A stretch of DNA of 39,034 bases, from IMG/VR virus record IMGVR_UViG_3300045286_000062, positions 1-39,034 of that record. One strand, written 5' to 3'. The translations under genes were made by a program, and so were the position numbers. This stretch comes from a virus. Taxonomy: Duplodnaviria; Caudoviricetes. Of the stretch, positions 9,558-17,747 are shown in pieces. Numbering within the stretch: position 1 is the stretch's first letter; every line of letters begins with the position of its first letter. The notes beneath the pieces were generated by a model, which was not told where the DNA came from, made no database searches, and saw only the letters and a list, made by a program, of their open reading frames with translations.

Positions 9558-9579
9558 TGTAGTGCTCCAAAAGGTGGGG

Positions 9580-9606
9580 AAAAAGGCGGGAGGGGAAATT
9601 CCCGCC
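9580..9606 (-). terminator. Leader hairpin / possible attenuator of left operon
   Basis: GGCGGGA-N8-TCCCGCC followed by T5 on the minus strand. Confidence 0.4.
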
Positions 9607-9615
9607 CACACCCTA

Positions 9616-9644
9616 ATGCTAGACCAAAACAACGAGTTATGCAA
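9616..9644 (-). promoter_or_regulatory. Putative sigma70-type leftward promoter
   Basis: TTGCAT-17 bp-TAGCAT on the minus strand. Confidence 0.55.
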
Positions 9645-9666
9645 GCCGCAAAACAAGAAAAGCACG

Positions 9667-9695
9667 TTGCAAGACAAACAATTTTATGCCACACT
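9667..9695 (+). promoter_or_regulatory. Putative sigma70-type rightward promoter
   Basis: TTGCAA-17 bp-CACACT with upstream TG. Confidence 0.5.
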
Positions 9696-9723
9696 AAGCG
9701 CGTCACCGATAGAGAGGCCAAAC

Positions 9724-9948
9724 ATGAACACCACCACCACCAGCTATGACGCCGTCATCGACGCCGTCAAGAGCCAGCTAAAGATACGCTACGACCGGGA
9801 CCTTAGCCGAAGGATGGGCCTTTACGACGGGGCCGTCGGCAACTGGCGACGGAGCGGCATCCCGCCCGACAAGATCATCACGCTCCACCGGGACTTTGAT
9901 GTGCCGATGGAGATTTTGATCGAAAAAAAACCCCAGTCAGACGGCTAG
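9724..9948 (+). CDS. Cro/CI-like helix-turn-helix protein (no peptidase domain)
   Basis: 74 aa; DRDLSRRMGLYDGAVGNWRRSGIP; GAGAGG RBS; first rightward gene. Confidence 0.8.
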   Translation: MNTTTTSYDAVIDAVKSQLKIRYDRDLSRRMGLYDGAVGNWRRSGIPPDKIITLHRDFDVPMEILIEKKPQSDG

Positions 9949-9961
9949 GCCTGACCGGGGT
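9923..9961 (-). terminator. Intrinsic terminator for an antisense transcript
   Basis: Minus strand CCCCGGTCAG...CTGACTGGGG followed by T8. Confidence 0.55.
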
Positions 9962-9988
9962 CACGTTTTTATTCCACCCTTTAGGAAC

Positions 9989-10180
9989 ATGACCATGTTA
10001 CACCAACAAACCGACCGAAACACCTTTCTCCGCCTGCTCGCCGCCCAACTCTACGAGGCCGCCGAGGCCATCCGCTGGGGCGACCCATGGGAGGCCATCC
10101 ATCGGCTCGAGGCCAGCGCCAAGGCACTGCCCAAACCAACCCAGGCCGACATCGAGGCAGTGCGGAGGATGACGCCATGA
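9989..10180 (+). CDS. Hypothetical protein
   Basis: 63 aa; ATGA-coupled to next gene. Confidence 0.6.
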   Translation: MTMLHQQTDRNTFLRLLAAQLYEAAEAIRWGDPWEAIHRLEASAKALPKPTQADIEAVRRMTP

Positions 10181-11262
10181 TCATCCACCCTGCACAGGAA
10201 CCCAACCCCATGACCACCTTGAACCTCCACCCCTTCTGCACCTTCTTTCCCCGCATGACCGCCGACGAATACCAGGACTTGAGGCGGGATCTACAGCTCA
10301 ACGGCCAGATCGCGCCGATCTACACCTACCAGGGGATGATCCTCGACGGCGGCAACCGCTACCAGGCCCTGCTCGAGCTGGGGATGGAGCCTTGCTTTAC
10401 CGAGTACAAGGGCGACGACCCGCTGGGCTTTGTCCTTAGCGCCAACATCCACCGCAGGCACCTGACCATGGCCCAGAAGACGGCCATCGTCTCGGCGACC
10501 ATCAACTGGGAAGTGGCGCATCCGACGCACGGAACCAATCTTTTCAAGCATGGCCACGACGTGCTACTCAGTAGCACGTCGACGGAAAGTGACGATGACT
10601 GCCCCTTCGACGAACCTCCGATCCCCGGCTACCGGCTCGAGGACCGGATGGCACTCTCAGGCGCAAGCAGGGCCTACCAGCACAAGGCCGACGTCGTGGC
10701 CCAGCAAGACAAAGACCTGCTGGGCAAGGTGATTAGAGGGGAAGTACCGCTAAACACCGCCTACAACGCCGTCAAGCCGCCGCCGAAGCCCACCAAGCGC
10801 CAACAGGTCCGCGACATGATCGCCAGGGGGCCACAGGCGCAAGAACCTGCCGAAGGGACGCAAGCGCCGAACCCGCACGCGCCCGAGATTGACCCGGAGC
10901 AGGACCCGAAGGATGCCGAGATCCTGCGCCTCCAGGACGAAAACGAGGAGCTGAGGGAGTACCTGCGGGAGCACCAACACGAGGTCGAGCGGATCGGCAA
11001 AATCGTCGCCGAGTCGGAACCCCTCCAGGCGGCGGAGAAGGAGATCAAGCGCCTCGAGGGGCTGCTACGGATCGCCAAGGAGCAGACCGGCGGACTGATG
11101 GACGAACTCGCGGCGGCCCGCAAACTCGCCACCCGGCTCCAGGCGGTCGTCAAGCGGCTGGAGAAGGAGAACAAAAAGCTCAATGGCGGAGAGAAGGAGG
11201 AAGCCCCCAAAAAGGCCCCCAATAAGGCCACCTGGAAGGAGGCCAGCCATGAGTCACCATGA
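10177..11262 (+). CDS. ParB/Srx-like N-terminal domain protein with possible HTH and C-terminal coiled coil
   Basis: HPFCTFFPRM...ILDGGNRYQA...SANIHRRHLT (ParB GxxRxxA-like); heptad-rich tail. Confidence 0.75.
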   Translation: MIIHPAQEPNPMTTLNLHPFCTFFPRMTADEYQDLRRDLQLNGQIAPIYTYQGMILDGGNRYQALLELGMEPCFTEYKGDDPLGFVLSANIHRRHLTMAQKTAIVSATINWEVAHPTHGTNLFKHGHDVLLSSTSTESDDDCPFDEPPIPGYRLEDRMALSGASRAYQHKADVVAQQDKDLLGKVIRGEVPLNTAYNAVKPPPKPTKRQQVRDMIARGPQAQEPAEGTQAPNPHAPEIDPEQDPKDAEILRLQDENEELREYLREHQHEVERIGKIVAESEPLQAAEKEIKRLEGLLRIAKEQTGGLMDELAAARKLATRLQAVVKRLEKENKKLNGGEKEEAPKKAPNKATWKEASHESP

Positions 11263-12790
11263 CAACCCCCACTACGACGCCGACCGCTTTCCCCCTCCCA
11301 GGCCTTTTCAAGACACCGCCCACGAGCTGCTGCGGGAGGGGGCGCGGAGGAAGCACAAGAACCAAGTGCTGATGGCCCCCACTGGGGCCGGGAAGACCTA
11401 CCTGGGCATGCGGGTCATCCACGAAGCCCTCAAGAAGGGGCACAAGGCCATCTTTGCCTGCGACCGCACCACATTGATCGAGCAGACCTCCACCGTCGCA
11501 GACCTGTACGGGCTGAACGCCCACGGGGTGCTACAGGCCTCCCATTGGCGCACCGATTCATCGATGCCCTTCCAGATCGCCAGCGTGCAGACCCTCGCCC
11601 GAAGGACATGGCCCGAGGCGGACGTGATCGTCATCGACGAGTGCCACACGATGTACAAGGCCTGGACCGAGCACGCAACCAAGACAGACGCCCTGGTCAT
11701 CGGCCTGAGCGCCACCCCGTTTGCCAAGGGGATGGGTAAGCTGTTCACCAACCTGGTCAACGCCACCACCATGGACGAGCTGGTCAAAAGCGGCGTCTTG
11801 GTCCCGTTCAAGGCCTACGCCTGCAAGAAGCCCGACATGGCCGGGGCGGCGACCTTTGGCGGGAAGAACGGCGAATGGACCGACGAGGCGGCGGCGGAGC
11901 GTGGCATCAAGATCGTCGGCGACGTGGTCGGCGAGTGGCACGACAAGGCCGAGGGGCTGAAGACCATCGTCTTTGGCGCGAACATCGCCCACTGCCACGA
12001 GCTGTGCCGGGCCTTCGCCAACAGCGGCGTGCTGGCGGCGGTCTTCACCTGCGAAACCACGCCAGCGGAGCGCCTGGAGCTGCTCGAGGAATACCGCAAG
12101 CCCGACAGCGCGATCAGGGCTTTGATTTCGGTCGAGGCACTCGCCAAGGGATTCGACGTCCCCGACGTGGAGTGCGTCTGCGACTGCCGACCGCTGCGGA
12201 AATCCCTGAGCACGGCGATCCAGATGTGGGGGCGCGGGCTGCGGTCGCACCCAGGCAAGACCGAGTGCGTCCTGCTGGATTTCAGCGGCAACCTGAACCG
12301 CTTCAAGGAGGACTTCGAGGATATCTACTTCAACGGCCTCGCGGCCCTCGACATGGGCGACAAGCTGGATGCCGTGGTGCGCGACGACGCGGACGAGGAG
12401 GAGGAGGCGAAGGCCTGCCCAGAATGCGGATTCGCACCATTCGCCAAGCGCTGCATGGCCTGCGGCTTCGAAAAGCCGCGCACGAGCAAGGTACAGGCCG
12501 CCAAAGGGGATCTGGAGGAGGTCATCATAGGCAGGCACAAGGCCGCGCACAACCACTTGGACCTATGGCTCCAGATCTGCACCTACGTCAAAGGCCGGGG
12601 CAACCCGAAGACCATCAAAGGGAGGGCCTGGCACCTGTTCAAGGACATCGCCAAGGCGGATATTCCCAGGCACTACCCGGACGCCATCAGCGCCCCCAAC
12701 GTGCCGATTAGCCACGGCACGATGAACGCCATCAGGGCCAAGAACATCGCCTTCCGCAAGGCGATTGAAAAGAGGGGGGTGGCGGCATGA
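11249..12790 (+). CDS. SF2 (DExH, ResIII-like) helicase with zinc finger
   Basis: APTGAGKT, DECH, SAT, QMWGRGLR, CPEC..CMAC; AAGGAGG RBS. Confidence 0.93.
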   Translation: MSHHDNPHYDADRFPPPRPFQDTAHELLREGARRKHKNQVLMAPTGAGKTYLGMRVIHEALKKGHKAIFACDRTTLIEQTSTVADLYGLNAHGVLQASHWRTDSSMPFQIASVQTLARRTWPEADVIVIDECHTMYKAWTEHATKTDALVIGLSATPFAKGMGKLFTNLVNATTMDELVKSGVLVPFKAYACKKPDMAGAATFGGKNGEWTDEAAAERGIKIVGDVVGEWHDKAEGLKTIVFGANIAHCHELCRAFANSGVLAAVFTCETTPAERLELLEEYRKPDSAIRALISVEALAKGFDVPDVECVCDCRPLRKSLSTAIQMWGRGLRSHPGKTECVLLDFSGNLNRFKEDFEDIYFNGLAALDMGDKLDAVVRDDADEEEEAKACPECGFAPFAKRCMACGFEKPRTSKVQAAKGDLEEVIIGRHKAAHNHLDLWLQICTYVKGRGNPKTIKGRAWHLFKDIAKADIPRHYPDAISAPNVPISHGTMNAIRAKNIAFRKAIEKRGVAA

Positions 12791-13677
12791 GCAGCAGGAT
12801 TGACCAGGCCAAGGCCTCCAACGACCTCGTCGAAGTCGTCGGACGGTACGTCGCGCTGAAGAAGACCGGCGCGACCTTCGTCGCCCTCTGCCCATTCCAC
12901 AACGAGAGGACCCCCAGCTTCAACGTCCACCCCGGACGACAGCGCTACCACTGTTTCGGATGCGGCGCAGGGGGTGACGTCATCGATTTTGTGATGACGA
13001 TGGAAGGGACGGACCTGGACGGGGCGCTGGCGGCATTGGGGGGAACAGCAACCCCGAGCCAGGTGCGGCAAATGAAGGCGGAGAAAAGCCAGCGGGCGGA
13101 GGAGGAGCGCAGGCGGCAGGCCCAGGCGGCAAAACTCGCGGCGGAAATGCTGGCCCAGGCGCAAACCGCCCAGCACCCCTACCTCGAGGCCAAGGGGCTG
13201 AAGACCGTCGGGCTGGTCTACCGGGAGGCCGAGCTGCTGGTGCCGATGTGGCACGGGATGACCCAGCAACTGGCCGGGCTGCAGCGGATATTCCTGAAGG
13301 GCAACGAGTGGGCCAAGCTCATGCTGCCTGGCATGAAGGCAGCCGGGGCGGTGTTCAGGATCGGGCGGGGCCGGGAGAAGATCCTCTGCGAGGGATTCGC
13401 CACCGGCTGGAGCCTGAAGGCGGCGGCGGACCTGATCCGGCTCAACGCCACCGTGGTCGTCTGCTTTTCGGCCTGGAACCTCCAAGAAGTGGGAAGGGAA
13501 CTCGACTGCCGGATCTACGCCGACAACGACAAGAGCCAGGCGGGCAGGATCGCGGCGGAGGCCACCGGACGTCCGTGGGTCATGAGCGACACCGAAGGCC
13601 ACGACGCCAACGACGACCACCAGAAAAAAGGGCTGATGGCCGTCGCCCAAAAACTGATCGAGCTGAGGAAGAAATAA
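12787..13677 (+). CDS. DNA primase (CHC2 zinc finger plus Toprim)
   Basis: CPFHNERTPSF...HCFGCG; CEGFATG; ADND; DAND. Confidence 0.92.
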   Translation: MSSRIDQAKASNDLVEVVGRYVALKKTGATFVALCPFHNERTPSFNVHPGRQRYHCFGCGAGGDVIDFVMTMEGTDLDGALAALGGTATPSQVRQMKAEKSQRAEEERRRQAQAAKLAAEMLAQAQTAQHPYLEAKGLKTVGLVYREAELLVPMWHGMTQQLAGLQRIFLKGNEWAKLMLPGMKAAGAVFRIGRGREKILCEGFATGWSLKAAADLIRLNATVVVCFSAWNLQEVGRELDCRIYADNDKSQAGRIAAEATGRPWVMSDTEGHDANDDHQKKGLMAVAQKLIELRKK

Positions 13678-15089
13678 TGGGATGGATAATCAGCAAGGCA
13701 CTGATGGCGGATTACGAGAACTCGCGTTGTTCGCAGGCGCAGGCGGCGGAATCCTCGGCGGACACTTGCTCGGATGGCGAACCGTCTGCGCCGTCGAATA
13801 CGACCCCTATGCCGGAAGCGTTCTTATCGCCCGACAAAACGACGGCATACTCGCGCCTTTCCCGGTTTGGGATGACGTTTGCACCTTTGACGGAAAACCT
13901 TGGAGGGGAATTGTTGATGTGGTTTCTGGGGGTTTTCCCTGTCAGGACATATCCGCAGCAGGAAAAGGGGCAGGAATCACAGGAGAACGGTCAGGGCTAT
14001 GGAAGGAAATGGCACGGATCATTGGCGAGGTTCGACCACGATACGTGTTTGTGGAAAACAGCCCAATGCTCGCTATTCGAGGACTTGGAGTCGTCCTTGG
14101 AGACTTGGCCCAAATGGGGTTCGATGCGGACTGGGGTGTGCTGGGCGCGTCCGACGTTGGAGCGCCCCATATCAGAAAAAGGATCTGGATATTCGCTTCC
14201 AACCCCTACAGCGGCGATGGAAGCCCCCAACAAAAATGCAAACACCAAAGGGCCAAAAAACTTAGTGGAAGTGGCAATGGGGAAATGGGATCACTTATGG
14301 CCCACACCCAACGCGCTCCCGGCATCGAACAATTTGAACCTGCGTTGCAGCGGGGATGGCAGGAAGAAGCCCAACAAGCTTGGATGGGCCGTGGCGGAAT
14401 CGACGCAACCGATTGGTGGGAAACTGAACCCGATGTGGGTGGAAAGTTTGATGGGTTGGCCTAACGGTTGGACAACATTAGATGCCATAAGCCATGTTAA
14501 AATGTGCTTTTGGCTAATGGGGTTTAACAATGAAGAAGAAACAGGAAGAAACCAAGTTATGCGAGTGCTGCGGCAAGGATATGCAGCGCAAGAGATTCAA
14601 CGGGCGATTGGAAGACCTGTCAGCGTTCAAGAATCGGCGGTTTTGCTCTCTGAGTTGTGCGAATACGCGAACAGACCTGACGAAGCACGGATATTCATGG
14701 CGTGCGCGAAAGCACTTGAAGAAGAAATGCGAGGCGTGCAACTACACAAGGGCATTGCAGGCTCATCACATAGATCAGGACATTACAAACAACGATCCGA
14801 AAAACATCCAGACGCTATGCAAGCACTGTCACGACTTTTGGCATACCACGGCCAAACGTACTGGGAAAACGGTAGCTGGGAAAATGCCATCCCTCGTATA
14901 GCTAATGGGGTGGCCGCTAGGATGGACCGACTTAAGGTCATTGGCAACGGACAAGTTCCGACAGTGGCAACAACAGCATGGGGGCTATTGACAAGCAGGA
15001 TCGGAATCGGCAATAATACCCTCCAACGTATCGAAGTCATGAGCGATACGGGCAAGCGACACCCGCTGAAAAGCCAGATGTACCTTTGA
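13677..15089 (+). CDS. C5 DNA methyltransferase second polypeptide (motifs IX and X), alternative frame
   Basis: TAATG coupling with primase; LPTPTA and LWPTPNA repeats; LNPMWVESLMGWPNGWT (IX); DRLKVIGNGQVP (X). Confidence 0.75.
   Translation: MGWIISKALMADYENSRCSQAQAAESSADTCSDGEPSAPSNTTPMPEAFLSPDKTTAYSRLSRFGMTFAPLTENLGGELLMWFLGVFPVRTYPQQEKGQESQENGQGYGRKWHGSLARFDHDTCLWKTAQCSLFEDLESSLETWPKWGSMRTGVCWARPTLERPISEKGSGYSLPTPTAAMEAPNKNANTKGPKNLVEVAMGKWDHLWPTPNALPASNNLNLRCSGDGRKKPNKLGWAVAESTQPIGGKLNPMWVESLMGWPNGWTTLDAISHVKMCFWLMGFNNEEETGRNQVMRVLRQGYAAQEIQRAIGRPVSVQESAVLLSELCEYANRPDEARIFMACAKALEEEMRGVQLHKGIAGSSHRSGHYKQRSEKHPDAMQALSRLLAYHGQTYWENGSWENAIPRIANGVAARMDRLKVIGNGQVPTVATTAWGLLTSRIGIGNNTLQRIEVMSDTGKRHPLKSQMYL
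13682..14464 (+). CDS. C5 cytosine DNA methyltransferase, catalytic polypeptide (motifs I-VIII)
   Basis: LFAGAGG (I), GGFPCQDIS (IV), ENS (VI), HIRKRIWI (VIII); stops before motif X. Confidence 0.9.
   Translation: MDNQQGTDGGLRELALFAGAGGGILGGHLLGWRTVCAVEYDPYAGSVLIARQNDGILAPFPVWDDVCTFDGKPWRGIVDVVSGGFPCQDISAAGKGAGITGERSGLWKEMARIIGEVRPRYVFVENSPMLAIRGLGVVLGDLAQMGFDADWGVLGASDVGAPHIRKRIWIFASNPYSGDGSPQQKCKHQRAKKLSGSGNGEMGSLMAHTQRAPGIEQFEPALQRGWQEEAQQAWMGRGGIDATDWWETEPDVGGKFDGLA
14530..14901 (+). CDS. HNH endonuclease nested in the methyltransferase locus (third frame)
   Basis: CECCG...FCSLSC; CEAC..LQAHHIDQDITNNDPKNIQTLCKHCHDFWH. Confidence 0.85.
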   Translation: MKKKQEETKLCECCGKDMQRKRFNGRLEDLSAFKNRRFCSLSCANTRTDLTKHGYSWRARKHLKKKCEACNYTRALQAHHIDQDITNNDPKNIQTLCKHCHDFWHTTAKRTGKTVAGKMPSLV

Positions 15090-15133
15090 AGGTGTCGCGC
15101 ATCTGAACCACTTTTCTACCGGGTGAGCGAGCT

Positions 15134-15179
15134 AAAAAAAAGCCCCGCCCGGTAGCAATACCTAGGCGGGCTTTTTTTT
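15134..15179. terminator. Bidirectional intrinsic terminator
   Basis: A8, GC-rich stem with GCAA loop, T8. Confidence 0.85.
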
Positions 15180-15197
15180 GGACCAACAAAACAAACA

Positions 15198-15227
15198 AAA
15201 GAACATCCTGACATCAGGACGTTCTTT
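15198..15227. repeat. 30-bp palindrome copy 2
   Basis: AAAGAACATCCTGACATCAGGACGTTCTTT, between two terminators. Confidence 0.95.
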
Positions 15228-15233
15228 GCGCCG

Positions 15234-15275
15234 AAAAACCCAAGCACCTGCCAACGCGGGCGCTTGGGTTTTTTT
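15234..15275. terminator. Bidirectional intrinsic terminator
   Basis: AAAAACCCAAGC...GCTTGGGTTTTTTT. Confidence 0.8.
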
Positions 15276-15276
15276 A

Positions 15277-15652
15277 TGCGTCGATTCAAGTGTCCAGGTT
15301 CACGGAAACTGCGGACTGATCACCCGACGACCGCCGGATCGCTGTAGCTAAGTCGCCACGCGCAGGCGCGGACAGCGGGAAGGCGGTGCGCCCGAAAGGC
15401 GGTAATCACCGGAGCCTGGACACTTGAACCGATGCACGTACTCCGCACGATAGAAGGCTCCAAACCCCCGGAGGCTCGGAAGAAAAGGGGATAGTAGGCA
15501 TGCGGCGAAAGCCGAGCGGTGCAAATCCGAAAAGACCTACCGGGCGGCGAACTCAGGTGCCCGAGGGGGTGGCGACTGGTCCTCACTTGCGCCACAGTCC
15601 TGAGATCCCCGAAAGGGGGGTGACCGGCCTCCTCCGGCCCCATTCGATGGGG
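15277..15652 (+). ncRNA. Candidate structured ncRNA or structured origin region
   Basis: 25-bp stem 15277-15301/15412-15436, several GAAA-capped hairpins, T-loop-like CGGTGCAAATCCG; no convincing ORF. Confidence 0.45.
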
Positions 15653-15738
15653 TAGGGGGGGCTTTGAGGAGACCTAACCGGGGCTTCCCGTCATTGCGAC
15701 CGGACCCCAGCACGACCAGCAGGCAGGCGAACGACTGA

Positions 15739-16101
15739 ATGAACGACATGATCACATTGAACGAACACTCCCTCCAGGCACTGATGACATCCGGTGTCGG
15801 CATCAACAAAACCCAGATGCGCATCCTTAAGGAAACCTTCACCAAAGGATGGAAGAAAAGACTCATCGGCAAGACGATCACGAAGGAACGCTACGATCAG
15901 GCCATGGCGGCCAAGAGCAGGAAAAAGTCCGTCAACAAGGCGACCCTCCATCCACCCCTCCCCTCCGCCCCCATCCCAAAAGGATACAAAGCCAGGCCTG
16001 ACGGCTATTACTGGGCCGGGAAACGGCTTGGCCAAGCGCCCGTCGACCCGGTCACACAAGGGCATCTGGTGGGCGTCACCTACAAGAACAACATGCCATG
16101 A
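15739..16101 (+). CDS. Basic hypothetical protein
   Basis: 120 aa; KGWKKRLIGKTI; ATGA-coupled to next gene. Confidence 0.65.
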   Translation: MNDMITLNEHSLQALMTSGVGINKTQMRILKETFTKGWKKRLIGKTITKERYDQAMAAKSRKKSVNKATLHPPLPSAPIPKGYKARPDGYYWAGKRLGQAPVDPVTQGHLVGVTYKNNMP

Positions 16102-16367
16102 ACATCATCGACGAAGCAAAGATCCGCAACCAGATCCGCCAGGCCGGTTACTTGGTGGGATTGGGCGAGGCATTGCCCACCCCCAAGCTCATGGCGCTGA
16201 TCAACGAACACCGCCTCCAGGACGAATACAACGCCGGGGTCGAACGGGCAGCGAATGAACTGCTTGTCCTCGCCATTGGGCGGCCAGAGCCGAAGCGACC
16301 GGTCACGGACGGACAAATCAAAAAGGCCAACAGCCTGCCAGGCCGCAAAAAGGGATGGCGTCTATAA
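16098..16367 (+). CDS. Hypothetical protein
   Basis: 89 aa in operon. Confidence 0.6.
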   Translation: MNIIDEAKIRNQIRQAGYLVGLGEALPTPKLMALINEHRLQDEYNAGVERAANELLVLAIGRPEPKRPVTDGQIKKANSLPGRKKGWRL

Positions 16368-16843
16368 AAGTCCTGCTCCGGCTGTTCAGCGAGCGGCAGA
16401 GGATCCTCGCCCTCAAGGCCGTCAAGGACGCACCGAGCGACTACGTGGTCGAGATCCATCCACCCAAGCGCAGCACCGAACAAAACGCCCGCCTCTGGGC
16501 CATGCTGACGGAGATCGCCCGCCAGGTCCGATTCCACGTCAGGCGGGACCGCCACGGATGGGCCGAGGCCTACCTGACGCCCGAGGAGGTCAAGGACATC
16601 CTGACCGCCGCCTTCCACCGGCACCAGGACCTGGCGCTGGGGATCGACGGCGGGGTCGTGTTCCTGGGCATGCGGACCTCCAAGATGGACAAAGGGGAGA
16701 TGGCCGAATTCCAGACGCTGATCGAGGCCTTTGCCGCCGAGAAGGGCGTCACCTTCCCATGGGAGGAGGGCGGCGACCAGCCTCCGTGGGCCACCGACGA
16801 GAGAGAGGAGGAACCGCCATGTTCGAACTCATCGACACTTTGA
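16355..16843 (+). CDS. ninB: NinB-family recombination protein
   Basis: KRSTEQNARLWAMLTEIARQV...RTSKMDKGEMAEF...FAAEKGV. Confidence 0.85.
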   Translation: MASIKVLLRLFSERQRILALKAVKDAPSDYVVEIHPPKRSTEQNARLWAMLTEIARQVRFHVRRDRHGWAEAYLTPEEVKDILTAAFHRHQDLALGIDGGVVFLGMRTSKMDKGEMAEFQTLIEAFAAEKGVTFPWEEGGDQPPWATDEREEEPPCSNSSTL

Positions 16844-16959
16844 CCGGCAACGAGATCCTGTTTGTGGTGGGCACCTTCGTGGTCCTGCCAGGCCTGGGGC
16901 TTCTGGCCGCCTGGCTGTTTGGAGGGGCCGCCAGGCTGGGCGCGGAGAAGGACCGATGA
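16819..16959 (+). CDS. Small membrane protein
   Basis: GAGGAGG RBS; ILFVVGTFVVLPGLGLLAAWLFGG hydrophobic helix. Confidence 0.6.
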   Translation: MFELIDTLTGNEILFVVGTFVVLPGLGLLAAWLFGGAARLGAEKDR

Positions 16960-17123
16960 ACCGCGTCCGACCCATCCGGGGCCGACTGTCGCCGCCCGTC
17001 ACCGTCAACGAAAAGACGCGCCAATGGGACTACCAGAACGGGGCATGGCTTGACGAAAAGCCTACCCACAAAAAACCAAAAACAACCAACGGGGGGGAGA
17101 AAAGACATGGCGATGCACCGTAG
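16956..17123 (+). CDS. Hypothetical protein
   Basis: ATGA coupling; 55 aa. Confidence 0.45.
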   Translation: MNRVRPIRGRLSPPVTVNEKTRQWDYQNGAWLDEKPTHKKPKTTNGGEKRHGDAP

Positions 17124-17400
17124 CAAGGCCCTGCTCGCCAGTGCGAAGGGGGAGACCTGCGTGGCCTGCGGGAACACCGAGAACGTGGTCTGGGCGCACT
17201 GCAACGAGCAGAAGGCCGGGAAGGCGATGGGACTCAAGGCCCACGACCTGATCGGGGCCTACCTATGCCAGGGATGCCACACCCAGTACGACCAAGGCCG
17301 GGCATCGAGGGCGGCAAAATCCGAATTTTTCCGGCATGCCTTCTTCGAAACCATGGTCCGCGTCGCCGAAAAACTAGCCGACGGGAGGCTCAAGCTATGA
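17107..17400 (+). CDS. DUF1364/YbcO-like zinc-binding nuclease-fold protein
   Basis: CVAC..VVWAHCN..GKAMGLKAHD..AYLCQGCH. Confidence 0.8.
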   Translation: MAMHRSKALLASAKGETCVACGNTENVVWAHCNEQKAGKAMGLKAHDLIGAYLCQGCHTQYDQGRASRAAKSEFFRHAFFETMVRVAEKLADGRLKL

Positions 17401-17735
17401 CCTTTGAGGAATTCTACGAGAAAGCCAAAAACAGCGGATTCGAACAATTGTATACCAGCGACAAAATGAAGACCTTTGCCCGCCAGATGATGGAAACAGG
17501 CTGGCATTCGCACGGGTTAACGCAAGCCCTCGAAGCGGACTTTGAAGAATTCTTCGAATCACTGGCGCGGCTATGGCTTAGAAAACAATGCCCAGGCGAA
17601 TCATTAAATATCGTCCGCAACATGATCAAGATCGGATGGGACTCGCACGAGGAACTGCACGACAAAGACGCCGACGACACCGAGATAAGGCTAATTTTTT
17701 TCAATCCGGCTGAAGCCAGCCAAACACAACGCTGA
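17397..17735 (+). CDS. Hypothetical protein with internal duplication
   Basis: FEEFYE...GWHSH and FEEFFE...GWDSH. Confidence 0.6.
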   Translation: MTFEEFYEKAKNSGFEQLYTSDKMKTFARQMMETGWHSHGLTQALEADFEEFFESLARLWLRKQCPGESLNIVRNMIKIGWDSHEELHDKDADDTEIRLIFFNPAEASQTQR

Positions 17736-17747
17736 CAATGGGGCAAC

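Noticed and set aside
14475-14904. Group I intron or intein carrying the HNH
   Set aside because: The insert is about 450 nt and mostly HNH coding, leaving no room for a ribozyme core; no intein terminal motifs
15380-15545. Group II intron or cobalamin riboswitch
   Set aside because: Only fragments resemble them (GTGCG, GGTGCAAATCC, AGACCTACC); no complete domain V, RT, or B12-element order
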